A stretch of DNA of 63,524 nucleotides, the filler included, from Atractiella rhizophila (lineage: Eukaryota), in assembly GCA_021432655.1 (NCBI GenBank). It is 3 parts of 3 records of this genome, joined end to end, with 100 filler letters (N's around TTAATTAATTAA, not from the genome) between each part and the next. Parts side by side here need not be neighbours in the genome. Positions count along the whole stretch, not along the records: positions 1 to 30,420 come from MU271708.1; 2 more parts are not named here. The stretch is one strand, 5' to 3'. A model generated the notes under the pieces. It saw nothing but the letters and a program-made list of their open reading frames with translations. It did no database searches and had not been told where the DNA came from. Made by a program: the position numbers and the translations under genes. This document shows positions 10,264-24,084 of this stretch, piece by piece. Position 1 is the first letter of the stretch. Each line of letters begins with the position of its first letter.

Positions 10264-11881
10264 GTTAGGAGTAACGATTGTTTGTGGTGAAGGAATGTGT
10301 GTGCTCGTAGGCAGTGAGCTGTGTGAAAATGGCCGTTTGGTGGGAAAGTGGTTGGAAAGGGATGTGCTTTTATGGCGACGAAGAAGGTTTCAGACTTAAG
10401 AAGCTTATTTCGTCTTATGCGCACGCTAAAACGCGAAAACGCGCAGAACCTCCCAAACGCCAAGCCACGACTTCGGCTCACTTGTTCCCTTTTCCCTCAA
10501 CTCTTCTTACATTCAGAGATACTTCTCCTCTTGGATTTGTGTTTATGTTTATGCAAGATGCCTCCAGACCTTTGCTCAAGTGTTGTTGAATTTTTGGACA
10601 GCCAGAGAGCCAGAGAACCGATGTTTTGGTCGCGTTTCAGATCAACGAAACGTGGAGATCACCGCTGCTTCCACCTTTCTGGCAGTTCTGGATACAATCT
10701 CCAGGTGCTTCCACCACCCCACAATGCTGCTATCAGCAGAGTGAGCATCAGGCTCAGGAACTGGAGTCCGTGGAATGGATGAGCAAGCAGACCATTCCAC
10801 AAGGTGTGTCGGTTCTCGCTTTTCAGAACGAATGACCTGCAGGTCTCGCAGCGCGGTATGGCAACCAGCTGTTATTGCAGTAATGCGCCGAAATCTGCGC
10901 ACCGTGAACGTTGCATGCATGATTCTCGGAAGCAGCATCAATTGCCAGCGGAGGTGTCGGTGCTTTCAATAAAATCGACACAAAGAACTTCGCTGCTTCA
11001 CGACCAACCTCGTACTTGTTTGTGATAGACCCCTCGTTTCAAGACGGACATGAGTGAAAGCACTCTTGCTTCGGTCGTGATGAAGTGCCGAAACGTCGTT
11101 ACGTGCCGAATTCGTGAAGCAGGATTACATCTACTTGGTAGACGCGAACAATAATAAATAAAGAGGATGATGTCACCTCGCCGTATTGAGAAGTTTGGCG
11201 AAGAATTCATCATGTCTGCCTGGCACCTTGGTTTCATGAGCGAAGAACGAGTGTCTCGCATTTCTTTCCATTCATCGACGGAAAGGACAAAGGCAATGTT
11301 TAAACCGCGATATTGATGAAACTCTGTAGAGAGTGCACTAACCACGGGATGTGTCTCCACTCCCCCTCACGTGACCACAATATCCCTCTTTTTCCTTCAA
11401 AAAGATCCGAGAATTCAAAGTCCACATCCAAATTTTTGGTTCTTGAGGCGAAAGAGGTGCCGTAGGTAGAGGCTGGAGGGAATATATACCTCCTCATCCA
11501 GCAAGGTTCAAGAGAGACCCGAGTTCGCTAACTCCTTGCGCCAATCCAGTTCACTGTGGTGTACCAGAATTTGCACGAGGAAGCACGCTCGGTGCTCTAG
11601 AATTGGACCTTGAAGGGATACTTTCAGGGCGGACGCCTCGGACCTCTATGTCAGGAGCCAAGGTTGCAAGGAGTAACAGACTGGAAATATGTCCTGTTGT
11701 CCACTAAACCACATGCAATTCCATCACAGACCTGGGTATCCCTTACATTTTGAGCACGGATAGCAATCCTCGAGCGATAAAACATTTTGCAAAGAACCAA
11801 AATTCACCCAAAATTCAAAATCACCATATTTACTCACTTTTTGAGCATTTTCGATTTTTTTTTATCCGTTCCATGATTCAG

Positions 11882-14800
11882 TTAGTCTTCGTCCAACGGA
11901 GGAGCAGCGGCAGCGGCAGCCCTCAACCTGTCCTCTCGGTCAAGACGCTTCCACTGGTCCTGACAATATGCGGTCAGATTCGCAAACTTCAGCGAAATAC
12001 ACTTACCTTCGTGGCTTCTTCAATTCGCTTGCAAACCACTTGCCAACCTTTCAAGTAGTCCACTGATATCCAGTTGTCAGAACGAGGGAAGAATGCGGAA
12101 TGGAAAGACGGACGAGGAATATACGTGTCTCTTTTCGGTGCAAAGTACTCCTCCTTGGCATCGTCATATTTATTAAGGTATTCAGCCAAAGTCAGGAAAT
12201 TCCTCTGATTTTTGAGGTATGCCATGACCTTCGTATCTCGGCCAAAGAAGAGCATAGTCCAAACGTGCCTGATCGGCGGATACTTGTCCTTCTCTTCCTG
12301 CGTCGACAGAGAAGCCACAAGTGCCTTCTGCTCGTCGATTGCGCGCGTACAGATTTCTCGGAGGAGACTTGTCGATTGGGTGAAGACGTCTGCGCTCGCC
12401 CATGGGACGGTGACTGCCACGAAGAAGGAGCCATCCAACATCTGGTCGGCAGTCAGTATGCTCACAGCGGAACGATGAAAACCCACATCCCACTCCGCTA
12501 ACACGCATCCTGCAAGCTCCTTGTTTTGTCTCAGAGAGCTCTGACTTTCATCATTGCCGTTAATCAATCGCTGATGTCGGATCTGGAAAACAATTCTGTC
12601 AGCTCTGAAAGGAGCATGATAATATCGAACGACAGACGGGTTTCAGATGAGCTTTCTTTCCTTTCCTTGGAGTGGGCACTTTCCATCGCGTCGCAACAAA
12701 CCTGACAAACATGTGAGCCAAGTTGTAAAGATGACTAAAGGAAGGGATCCCACCGTCGTCGATTCGTCGACTTTTCGACGTCCAACCTGATGTACGGTTC
12801 GATCATCTGCCACCCGTCCTTTGCCATGTTCCCGACCTGCAAATGGCGTGAGACCCCAAATTTAAGAACAATGGCACACTTACCTCTTGGAAAGTGGTGG
12901 CCATAGCCACTCCTGGTTCGAGTATCTCAGGAATGGCTGGTGAACTATGAGCAAGTACCAATTATGGGACGTGGGTGAACAGACCTAATCCAGCAAGAAG
13001 GGTTGTCTTAAACACATCACCACAAAACTCGGCAAGTTGCTCTCTCTCTTCTTCTGGGATATCAGCCGTGCGCATGACAATGAATTCCTGATCGTTCGAA
13101 TCGGCTTCGCATGTCACGTAAATGAATGTGTTCACATGAAAAGGAGACTGCCAAAGCTTACCTCCACGTGAATGACTGAGAATACATGTCTTCCTGCCGC
13201 TCTCAAAAAGCTCCTTACATCTCCACTTCCCAGCTCTCATCCTATTTCCTCCCCCGCCTCCACAGTCTGCACCTCTTTCTCATCAAGAGTTATCCATCGA
13301 GAACAGGAAGATGAAGACGGACCCGAGCACCGCATATACTTCTCAGTGCACCTCAAGCAAACGTACTCAACGTTGAAGACGATTGAGCTCTTCCCATCCT
13401 TTGGTCCCAAAGTGCCAGCACCAACCTCCCTCATGCACACGTCGCCTACGACATCAGATTCTCAGTGAATTTGCCCAGAAATAAGAAGAGGAGAGGACGA
13501 TGTGGTGGCATACATCGAATTTCGCCGTGAAGCTCGCCTTCTCCAGGCTTGTTTCTCTTCCGATACTTTCCTGCTGTGGCCTTATACGCTCTTGTCGGCG
13601 CAAGCGGCACATCGGTCCTCTTGGCCACGATCTGTTCCGGTTGAAGTGGTCTGCCTTCTTTCCAGCTGTCGATATCGATCTCGTCCACATCCACATCATC
13701 CTCCTCTTCCCTCTCATCGAGTACGGAAGGTCTCCCCGCCAAAGTACCACGTCCGCGACAATCGAGACAAGTGAAATGTGCCTCCCAATCCGTCTTCAAC
13801 TCGTCCTCAGTGCCGACGAGGGAGATGCGGACGATGCCCTTCCCGCAGGTCGTGCAGTGGATGACATGGTCCTCAACAACCTTTGGCCCTTTCTTGGGCT
13901 TCTCTGTAGTTGATGTGGCATTCGTCAGAGCCTTCGCAGAAGACGCGATGGCTCGAGAAGAAGCTACCTTTCGCAGCTTGTGGGCCTTAGGGGGAGGCTC
14001 AACTGGCGCTTGAGTCGTGGCCATCGGAAGGTTGACGGTAGTAGGTGGGATGGTTTGAGCGATGGTGGATGGGATTTGGGCATGGGGCTGGTGTTGCAGA
14101 TGCTGCTGCGGGAGAATGTGTCCCATCTGCTGTGACCCATAAGCCGAAGGATCTTCGGACTGCAGCGGGTAAACTGGCTGGGGCTGGCCATAGAGCGTAG
14201 TTCTGAAATGTTCAAGATTCCGCTGTGTGGTGGGACGGTCTTCTCCCGTCTCGTTCGCCGTCGGGGGAGGGATATAGCCTCCAAGACCACCGATGTTCGG
14301 ATAGGACCTTGTGCGATGAAGGGATGGCTGAGAGTACTGGCGGCTCGCTTCCTCAAAGGATGGGGTATGTTCGGGATAGAATGGGCGGGGTTGTGGCTCG
14401 TACGCCTGTTGAAACGGTGCAACCCAGGATTGATACTGCAGCTGGTGTTGTTGCGGCGGAGGGTTGGACGGTGGTGCGTAGGAAATTGGATGGTGAGGAT
14501 GAGATTGGAGAGAGGGATGCTGAGCGTAAGAAGGTTGTGCCTGTTGAGAGTAAGATGCTTGAGATTGAACAGGTTGCGGTTGTGACTGGTGAGGATGGAA
14601 AGGTCGAGAAGTCGAAGGAGGAAACTGCTGATATCCGTGGGCATTGTAACCGCTCTGGGATTGTGAAGGATATGAAGACTGAGCCTGTTGCACGTTCGAC
14701 TTGGACGTGTGTGTCTGTTGTTCCAGCTGGAAGAATTGATTGGAGGGTAAACCAGTTGTCGACATCGGAAGGTACGGATGCTGTTGCTGCGGTGGAAGAG

Positions 14801-15840
14801 GATACTGAACCGTCGATTTTGAGGTGGGCAGTAGGCCCTTTGTCTCGCCGTGGCTTACGAGCTGGGGTTGAGCATGCGCGACCCTAAATTGATTGTACTC
14901 GACGCCGAGAGGCACACCCGTCCTCTGCCCATATCCGCCTACCGCACCTGGCGCCATGGCTCCTCTTGCTTCTACTCTCCCATCAGCGGCCGTGTGCTGC
15001 TGATAACCCTGTAGCGTCTGTTGCTGTTGAGGGAGGTACAGGTTCTCGAAATTCTGGCCGGGGTTGCTCAGCGCATCTTGGCGCAATTGTCCACCCGCTC
15101 CTACTGGCATTCCATGAGCGCCAATGGGAGGGGGTTGAGCAGGCGCCACGTAAGGAGGCGAATAAACGTCCGCTGGAAGTCCGCTCGCGATAGGATGAGA
15201 CATGGAATACTGAAACGGCAAGCCCCTGTGGTCCTGCTCCTGTAGAGCTCGGTGTGCCGTGGTTGGGGACGGAGGCAGAGGCAGATTGACAGGGTGGTAA
15301 GGGTCGAAGGCGTATGCGCCACTACCTCCTCCTCCGTGAGGGTGAGAATGACTGAAGATATCGTTTTCGGGAGAAAGGGAGGTCGCTGCCGAAGTTGAAG
15401 TTTGAGCGGAAGAGGAGGAGTGGCTTCCACTTGTTGGCAAAGTCTGCATCGAAGCCGAGGCCGTCCAACCTGATTCTGGCAGGTACGAGGCAACGGGGGG
15501 CGGATGATAGGACGGTTGGGAGTACGACATGTCCTGGTACCCGATGGCTGGTTGCTGTTCTCCTGTCTTCGTCAGCCAGAGAACCAATTGTAAAAATGGG
15601 TGAACTCGCCGTCTGAAAGTTCTGAACTTCGTGCGAGAGTTGGTATGGGAGGGTAGACTGAGCACTTGGTTGAGGGAGCAGGTGATCGTCCGTATGAATA
15701 TGACGAGAAGGTGAAATATCGTTTGATACCGCCCCTGAAATCAACAATTGCTGGACTGGAGGGGCAGACGAGAATTCATGGATGGAGCTGAACAGATTAT
15801 TGCTCGCCAGCAGTTCCTCAATCTCTCGCTCGGATAACAT
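11882..15840 (-). CDS. Large uncharacterised protein: Q/P-rich low-complexity N-terminus, multi-CxxC cluster and globular C-terminal domain (start uncertain)
   Basis: The 739-aa ORF splices into CDVCMRE..CLRCTEKYMRCS|DCGGGGGNRMRAGKWRCKELFESGRKTCILSHSRG, then further exons to ...APPLDED* at 11882. The 5' exon from ATG 15840 requires a GC-AG intron and is tentative. Confidence 0.7.
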
Positions 15841-16099
15841 CTTGATGCACTCGCCCCTACGCCTTCTCTGGCAGTCGTGGAGAAGTAGCAGCTTCGGGGA
15901 ACAAGGTTATTTTAATTGATCGAGACACAATAGAGGCTGTGTACAATTATCACAATTTTAATAAAGTCCAATACTGAGCATCTAAGCGTGCAGTATCCGT
16001 CTGCAACTCACAACATAGCGTCTGATATGATTGTCAAGATCCTAAGACTAAGGCTAAGGGCGAAGCCAACATGAAGGTCGACGGAGGGAGGGGATGAAA

Positions 16100-17757
16100 T
16101 CAATCCCTTGAACTGTACCTGTCCTCCCTTCCACCATCCCTTTCCCTGTCATCTCGTCCGCCATCCCTATCTCGGCCGAAGTCATCGCGACCTCTGCCAC
16201 CATAGCCCCTATCATCGTCCCTGCCTCCCCTCCTCGGGCTCCTCTCTCTCTCGCGATCCCTTCGGGGAGGAGGCGACCTGGATCTCCCCCTTCCTCCGCC
16301 GTAACCACTATCTCCATTTCCTCCCTACAACGCGTACACTCAGTGTCTATGTTGACACCAAAAGCGCAAGAGGACGAGGGTAACGTACAGATCCTTCGAC
16401 TGGGTACAGCTTCACCCTTGAACCTTTGTAAGTATCGCCATCGAGCTTCCTCATTGCCTCTTCGACATCATACTTGCTCGCATACTCTATGATTCTACAC
16501 CATCAATGAACGTACGTTGTCAATAGAGCATCAGGGAAAGGTGAAATGAAAGGAGACGTACCCTTCGCCAGGCCTGTCACGAACTAAGTCGGCGAAGATA
16601 ACGTTGCCAGCGCCGCGAGCGAAGTCTTTCAAATCCTATCATCGAGAAGGGAGGATGAGCGTCCACCACCAGGTTAAGTGAAGCCAGATTGGATCGTGAT
16701 CCATGGAAGACACCTGCTGAGAATCCAACGGACCAGAAGCCAAAGAGCGAAGACCCAAACGCCTGTTTGTGTACCAATAAGAAGGACCTCCTTTTCTCCA
16801 ATAGATGCGATCCTCTAGTGCTCATCCTTGAACGATCGTGCCGACCGGAGAGCCATCAAACTCAGGTGAAAAGGCTCGGCAATTTGAGGGAAGGCCAATC
16901 CTCGGGTATATAAGCCTTGTAGAATTCGTCTGATCGAATATTAACCACGGAGTTTGACCCTTCAAGTCCATCCATGGAGGATAAGGATCCACGAAGAACA
17001 TGTCATCCCAACGAGAGGAAGCCAATCAAAGGCGCGATCCATACCACGAACGGAAGAGAAGGGCCACAAGCATCCAGGGAAGAAGAAAGACCACAAGATC
17101 CACGTCCATGAAGGAAGCCCGACGAGTACGCCTCATACCGGGACCACGACCAAGCGCCGAAGGGCAGAAGATGAGCGACCCACCTGCCAGCTGACTTCGC
17201 TGCTCAGACCCGAAACTTCGATTCTGAAACCGGACCCAGGTCTAGGTCTATACCAAACGTTTGTAAGTATGACAGGTTCCAAGAGTGAGAGCAGGAGCAG
17301 ATGTGATAACGCACCCTCGTGGCCTGACATCGTCTTCCCTATATCTAGGGCTTTTGGCGAATTCGACAAGGATGCGCTCTCCGAGGAAATTCCTGCCGTT
17401 ATACTCTCGAACGACGTCTTCCGCGTCCTATTCGATCTGTTCAGTAGGCTCCTCTCGGAGGAAGAAGCAGGACACACCCTCACGCTTTCAAACTCGATGA
17501 AAGCGAATCCACTCATTATTCTACCCACGTCCCGCATTACATTTTATACTTAAAAGAGAGAAGAACAAGAAATACCTCGCATCCACAATTTTAGCAAAGC
17601 TCCCAAAGAACTGGTCGATGTCATCCTTTCTGCAGTCATGAGCGAGTCTGCCGACATAGACCCTCTTGTTGGCGGGCGCTGCACGGCGCGGAGGAGGATC
17701 CCTCGAGGAGGAGTAGTCGCGTCCTGAATCGCGGGGAGGGTAGTCTCGGTCGCTCAT
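16100..17757 (-). CDS. SR-family splicing factor (RRM, pseudo-RRM, RS/RD tail), Srp2/SRSF4-5-6-like
   Basis: RVYVGRL (RNP2), GFAFIEF (RNP1), VSWQ|DLKDFAR signature, and tail RGRSRSPPPRRDRERERSPRR. Confidence 0.92.
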
Positions 17758-17975
17758 TCTTGTGCCAAAATGGGGTTCTCGTCGTTTTTTTTGCCACTGC
17801 CAAACAAGGTTGCAGTTGTTTGTGCATTCTCAGAAGGTTTGCTCAAACAGTATCAACACGTGATCTAGGAGCCAGGCGTGACCTTGACGTGCAGACCTTC
17901 AGCGCGATCGTACGGCCAGCTTAGGAGTTCCTGTGGGTGTAGGTTCGGTCTGGAGATCAGTGCAGTGAGTGGTAC

Positions 17976-20010
17976 ATGGAGGTGCTGTCGTTTCTCCTGA
18001 AAATCGAAGGTGCGTACTTCCTCCAAAACCTTCTTCGGCACCTCCTACGTATATATGGTTGACGCTTGGAAGTCAGGTTCTTAGTGCATCTCTTCTCAAA
18101 TAACCGTACACGGACACTCAACATCAGCAGCGACATCAGCTACTACTGCGCCATGGCTCGAGAGAAACGAATTCCAGAGTCGGCTCTGGACGACGTGCAG
18201 AAAATAATCCTCAACCTGCACCTGCGGGAAATGAAGCAGCACTCCCAGACGTTGGGGGAGAGCTGGCTGAAGCTTTCCAAGAATAATGCTTGGATAGCCC
18301 TCGCCAGATATAACTGCCTGCAGGTCGTCGCTTTCGTGAAGATGGTCATATTCACTCCCGCATCCCTGTTCTTCGACCCTCTCTCATTCATTGTGTATCT
18401 GATCATCATCCCCATCGTTTGTCTTGGGCTTTTCCTGTCAGTTATCCTTTTGACTCTCGGTATGTGCCCCATGTTTATATTGCACGCGGTGTTGATATGC
18501 CCAAAGTCGAAGTTTTGCACATCGCCCAACTGTTGAAGTATGTCACGGGGGGCTCCGAAAACGGGCTTTCGATCATTCAATGGGCAGACACCAACATTTT
18601 TGGCGAAGAGAGCGACTTCGTGTTCGAAACTGCTCATCAAGCCCTCACGGATGGTAAGCAAACCGTGCCTTTTAATCAAAGTTAAAGCGAAAGCGGTACA
18701 GGTGTGAAGCTCCTGACACCGCGAAGCGAAGCGGACCAGATCTTTTCTAAGTGCGTTGTCTTCCTTTCCGGTTTACATTCAACATTGAAGGAAATACAGA
18801 CTTAGAATTTTCGATCTGCGTATCGCAGAAGCCCTGCTCCTCGCCTCTGCTCTAGTGTACGAACGGCACACTTCACAGATACAAGAAGCGAGTCGCATTC
18901 TTCGTACAGCCAAGTCTCCGGACGATAACCTCGTGAAACAACATATCCTGGATTCAGAGAAGAAGATTCACGACCAAGCTGCAAAATGGGGATTGAGGTT
19001 CATGGCTATTTGCGAGCTCACTTCGAAAGGCGGACCATTCATTGGAATTTTCTACAATTCCGACTACATAATCGTCAGCGTGAAAGGTAATTGTCCGCCA
19101 TTGGAGAGCAGCAATGGCTGAAAGTTTGGAACAAGGGACCACGCCGTCTGATTTCTCCGAGTTTCTGGTCGATGCCTCGATCGCAAGAGAGGATGCAACT
19201 CAATTTCTAGGCGGCGGAAGCGTGCATCAAGGATTCTACTCTGCACTCTTCTCTGGAAAAGGACACACGGTGGACTGTTACGGTTTGTTGTTCTCTTAAC
19301 AGGGATCACGGGCTAACATGAACTAGGTGACATGATTCGGACGATAAATCTAGTAGCTCAGTCGATGCGCCGCGACAAACCTCTTTCCCTATGGATAACT
19401 GGCCATTCTCTCGGCTCAGCTCTTGCAGCTCTCCTCTTTGCACGTCTCATGCATTCCCCCGCCGATCTCCACGAGAATTGCGTTCTGCGGGACGCCTACG
19501 TGTTCGGCACACCCCGACTGGGTGATGCACAATTTTGTGCAGAATATGAAGCGTCGATGCTTGTTCCCATAGATAAGACTAATGTGCTTTGGCGAGTGGT
19601 GAACAAGCACGACGTCGTCACTATGGTACCTCCTGGACTTGCAGATATCAAAGGAAACCGACCGTATCTTCCAAAGTGGTCGACGGCTAATTATGGACAC
19701 ATCGGAAGTAAGGTCGTCCTAGATGGCAAAGCGAAAGAAGGTTACAGGTTGGAGAAGAAAGGGAGTTGGGGAGAGACGAGCGAGGTTAGAGTCACGAAGG
19801 GGAAGTTACGTGGTGGGGGCGAGTTGATGAGGAGAGAAAAGAGAGGTGTCGAAAAGTGGATTCGATACCTTCCAGGTCCAATACTTAATCATTGTGAGTC
19901 TTCTTACACACTTCATTCTGGATCAATGGCTAATCTGCTCTAAAGTCCCTGGAGAGTACATGAGAAGTATGCGTGGAATAACTACGGACAGTAAATCGTT
20001 TTCTACATGA
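17976..20010 (+). CDS. Lipase class 3 (alpha/beta hydrolase) with N-terminal hydrophobic segments
   Basis: IIVSVKG|TT, VHQGFY, LWITGHSLGSALA, YVFGTPRLGD, RVVNKHDVVTMVP and a C-terminal catalytic His. Confidence 0.9.
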
Positions 20011-20309
20011 GATTCACCACCTCGTGCCTGGGTACTCCGCTTCATCCCTCAGTTTTATCTTTTTCTTTAGAAGTGAACGCCGATTTAGAAACGTCGCAGT
20101 GTTTGTGCATTGTATCTTGTTACATTACTATTTTACTATTCAGTATATCTAAATTATTCCTCTTGGTGGCTCGTCCAACTGTTTGAGATTGAGAGTCAGA
20201 CAAATTAATTCGGAAATCAGAAGGGCAAAGTTTCGGCCATTGAGTAAGAAGGCTGGTGCTGAGAGAAGGAAAGAGGACGACCAGAGCCATATTGCGACTA
20301 TTGGACATC

Positions 20310-22036
20310 ATGAGCACATCAACGCGTCCGAAGAGGCGCAGGTTTGAAAGCAACACCTCGACTAGAGCAGCCTCTGCGGAGGTGGTGGATCCTGCAGAAC
20401 ACGCTCGTTCCAATGTTGGCTTGGGGAAGGGGAAGACTGTCGAAGGGACTGCATTGCCTGGAGTGATCACTGAGAATCCTGTCCGCGATGCAGCAGTTGC
20501 AGAGGATGCGATTATGAAGGAAATCGATGACCATAACAGAATTTGGGAGGGTTTGATGGAGAACCACTCTGACAGTACGTAATCCAATTCTTCCTTCTCA
20601 GCGGAATGGGTTCTTAGGAATGTGGCAGGCATCAACGATCTGCCCCTCGAGGTTAGACGGTGCTTCGTCCTGTTAGCTGACTTGGAGAACAAAAGACACC
20701 GTGCGCCACAACATTTGTCAGAAAGTGCGCTGCCCAGTTGACAAGCGTCCTTAGTGGCTCATGAGACTTTGAAGCACAACCTCCTTCGACTTGCTCAATT
20801 CCTTGAGATTCGGAAAGCGACTGACCCAGCACGCAAGGAACCCTTCAGCTTTGACGAGGTCCTAGATCTCCCTGACCTCAAAGGCATTACTACTGCCATG
20901 AACAACGCTCTCAGCTTGCTTAATACGGCAGCTCAAGGTGGGAACATAACAGTTGGAGGAGTTGCACTTACCAACGTCAATAATTCAGATTCTCCCGCCG
21001 TTTTAATCGATGCTGCTCCATCTGTGCCGCAACTCGACGAAGTTCCACATCGTGCCTCTTCACCTGGAGGCACCAGTCACACTTCTCTGGATTTTGTGCG
21101 GGTTGAGCATCGACCAAATGTGCCTATACAGGGACAACATAAGGGAGATCAAGTCACACAACAGGATTTCCAGGATGGTCGAAGCGAAAACGAAACCTCT
21201 CCACAGCAGGTCTTGCAGCCACCTTTGACGGATCAGCAGGTGACTCAAGAAGATGAGGACCGAGGAGAACCAGCTTCTACGGTACAGGAGAAACTGTCTT
21301 CCCTCTCGCGCGATACGTGTGTCGAAAGCAAGCCGGAAGAAGCTGGACCTTCCCCCACCGTCGGAGCCCCTGCCAGTGACCCTGCTTTGCCCGCCGAGCA
21401 ACCAGTCCAGCCGTCAGACAGCGGTCTCCTCATCCCCTCAGCAAGAGTGCAAGACAAGTCACCCTCACCCGCTTCTGCTACTTACGCCCCCTTCTCGGTC
21501 ATGCCTGTGCCGAACCCCTACGATACCTTTCATCCGCCGTCAGAAGAAACCCTTCGTTCCATCCTTCAGTCCATTGCTCGTTCTTCCCGCGGCTTAGTTC
21601 GATGTACAGAAGAGAAGATAACGATGGAAAAAGGGCTCCGAGAGATTGTCGAACGGTCTCTTCAACGGTTGGGGGACGATATCGAAAGGATGGGTACAGG
21701 CCGCCCTCCTCGTAACTCTGTCACTTCGAGCAGTAGGAAAAAGCAGAAGAAGACGGCAACGACGACGAGCGATGCACATCCAGATGGTGCGGATGACGTG
21801 TTGTACTGCCATTGCCGTAGACCAAGTTTCGGAAACATGGTCGCTTGTGATGGCCAGGATTGCGAGATTGAATGGGTGTGTAGCTTCCCACGCTGTCTCC
21901 CAAACTCATTGGTGTCCAGTACCACCTCTCTTGCGTAAACCTCGACAAAGGCCCTCAAGGACTTTGGTACTGCGATATCTGCTCTGCTAAACAAGAAGGT
22001 GGTCGCACGAGCAAGAAGAGGAGAAAAGGTTCATGA
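20310..22036 (+). CDS. ING-family PHD-finger protein
   Basis: N-terminal [18 protein letters not shown]-terminal [40 protein letters not shown]. Confidence 0.88.
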
Positions 22037-22213
22037 CAGCAATTATGAAGGATCGAGCAAGTTGGCTTTTCCTACATTTCGCCCATGTTCCCGTGCTTCA
22101 ATGTAGACAGTAACTGTCGTCTGTGCTGCTGGGTAATGCTCTCTGGAAGCTTCAATTTAGTGTAACATTGATAACAAACATGCTCTGCAGTTACTTCTTG
22201 AACCAACCCACAT

Positions 22214-24084
22214 CTAAATCTCGTTCCTCCTCGACCAGAAATATCTAATCGTCTCTTCCAACCCACTTTCAACACTCCATTTAGCTTGCCAGTCTAGAAG
22301 TTCTTTAGCGCGGTTAGTGTTCGGTTTTCGTTTAGGTGGGTCGTCTACCGCCTCGTCGACGTGAGTCTTCGTCGCAAGGTTCTTGGGAAAGTTTGGAATA
22401 ACGCGAGCAGCAGCCTCAATGAGCAGATCAGCCCATTCTTCCACTGTCCTCTCTTGTGGGTTTCCAAGATTGACGGGTAGCAAGGCCGCTTCAGGCTGCT
22501 CTACTTTCAGCCTTATTCTAAACATGGAAACAAGTAGGCTCACCTTCTCGCAGTTCATGAGTTCGATAAGGCCATCAACGAGGTCATGAATGTAGCACAA
22601 ACTCCTTGTAAAGGTGCCGTCGCCGTAAATCTCAATAGGTTGAGGTGTTGGCTGAGCAAGTAAACGTTGAATGAAATTGGTGACCATTCGTCCGTCAGAT
22701 TCCGTCATTCGTGGTCCGAAGGTGTTGAAAATTCGAGCAACACGGATGTCGACGCCGTCTTGTCGAGCATATCCATACGCGAGGGTCTCTGCCACCCGCT
22801 TTCCTTCATCGTAACAGGCTAACCCAATAATGAGCCGAGTACAACTGCAATGCAAGGAGTTGCCTACCTCGAGGTCCAATAGGATTGACATTTCCCCAAT
22901 ACGTTTCTAAGAACAATGTCAGCGCGATGCTAGTTTCAAGTAGAAACGTATTTGTACCCTCTTGGGGATGTTGCATTGGACTTCCGTACACTTCAGACGA
23001 TGAAGCGAGCAGGAATCGGGCTTTACAGCGTTTTGCCAATCCCAAAGTGTTTAACGTGCCTGTAAGGTTGCGTAAATTATCATTCCAACAATTAGGGATT
23101 TTACTCACCCATGAAATTTGTTTTCATAGTCTTGATCCCACTGCAATGCCATTAGTCAAGTGGTATGACATGTGAGCTACAAAAGACGCACTTGGCTTGA
23201 TATGCTCGAGGGCTGGCTGGACACGCCAGGTGATAAATCTGATCACATTCGACCATGTACTCATTGACGACATCGTGTCGCCTTGTCGGCAAGTAAGAAC
23301 GCTCTGATGGTACGGACGACGAAAGAGACGGCTAACCGGAGCTCAAAGTTGGGATGCCCGCTGCAACAAGGTGCACAAATCAGCGAGAAACCTAGAAGAA
23401 GCGGAGAGATCGCTCACACCCAATGAGAAACTGCTGACCGTCGTCCTGAGAAGAAATTGTCCACCACTACGACTTCATGTCCGCTCAGCATTAGCTTGCC
23501 TAAAGGAAAGGAACGATAAGTATGAATACCCAGAGGCATTTTGAGGACAACAAGGGGGACAAATGGCTTGTCTTCTGGACAAATCGAGCTTGCTAGATGT
23601 AGCACTTCGCAGTGAAATAGCACTGCTCACTCTCTCTCCCGTGCAATAAAATAATGGTCAAACACTCATCTATCGACTAAGTGGCTTCCCACAAAACCGG
23701 CGCCACCAGTAACCACAATTCTCTTCCTCTCCTTCATCGGCACGAATCTGACAGGCATGTAATTGGTGGTAGTCGGGATATAAGTGAATCCAATCTTCTT
23801 CCTCTCCTCCTTCTCCTCCTGCTCCTCCTCCGTAACCTCGATCGAAGGATTAGGCGAATGCGTTCTAGTTGACGGAGGCTCCGTCCATCTTGGACTTAAA
23901 TATAGTGATTGGAGCGTCTCGAGCGCAACGTAGGAGTTCTTCGACACTGATTCAGGATGGTAGACACCTATCCAAACGTTCAAAAGCTTCATTCAGCTCC
24001 TGCATCCCATTCCTCACTGTGAAGAGTCGTACCGACTGACTTGATCTCGTTTCCCTGCTTGTCTTTTGCTACGAAGCGCTGCAT
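22214..24084 (-). CDS. UXS1: UDP-glucuronate decarboxylase (UDP-xylose synthase)
   Basis: [72 protein letters not shown]. Start codon tentative. Confidence 0.93.

Noticed and set aside
10550..11800. Short ORFs between the secreted-protein and multi-Cys genes
   Set aside because: No recognisable motifs, and the two versions differ by frame-breaking indels.
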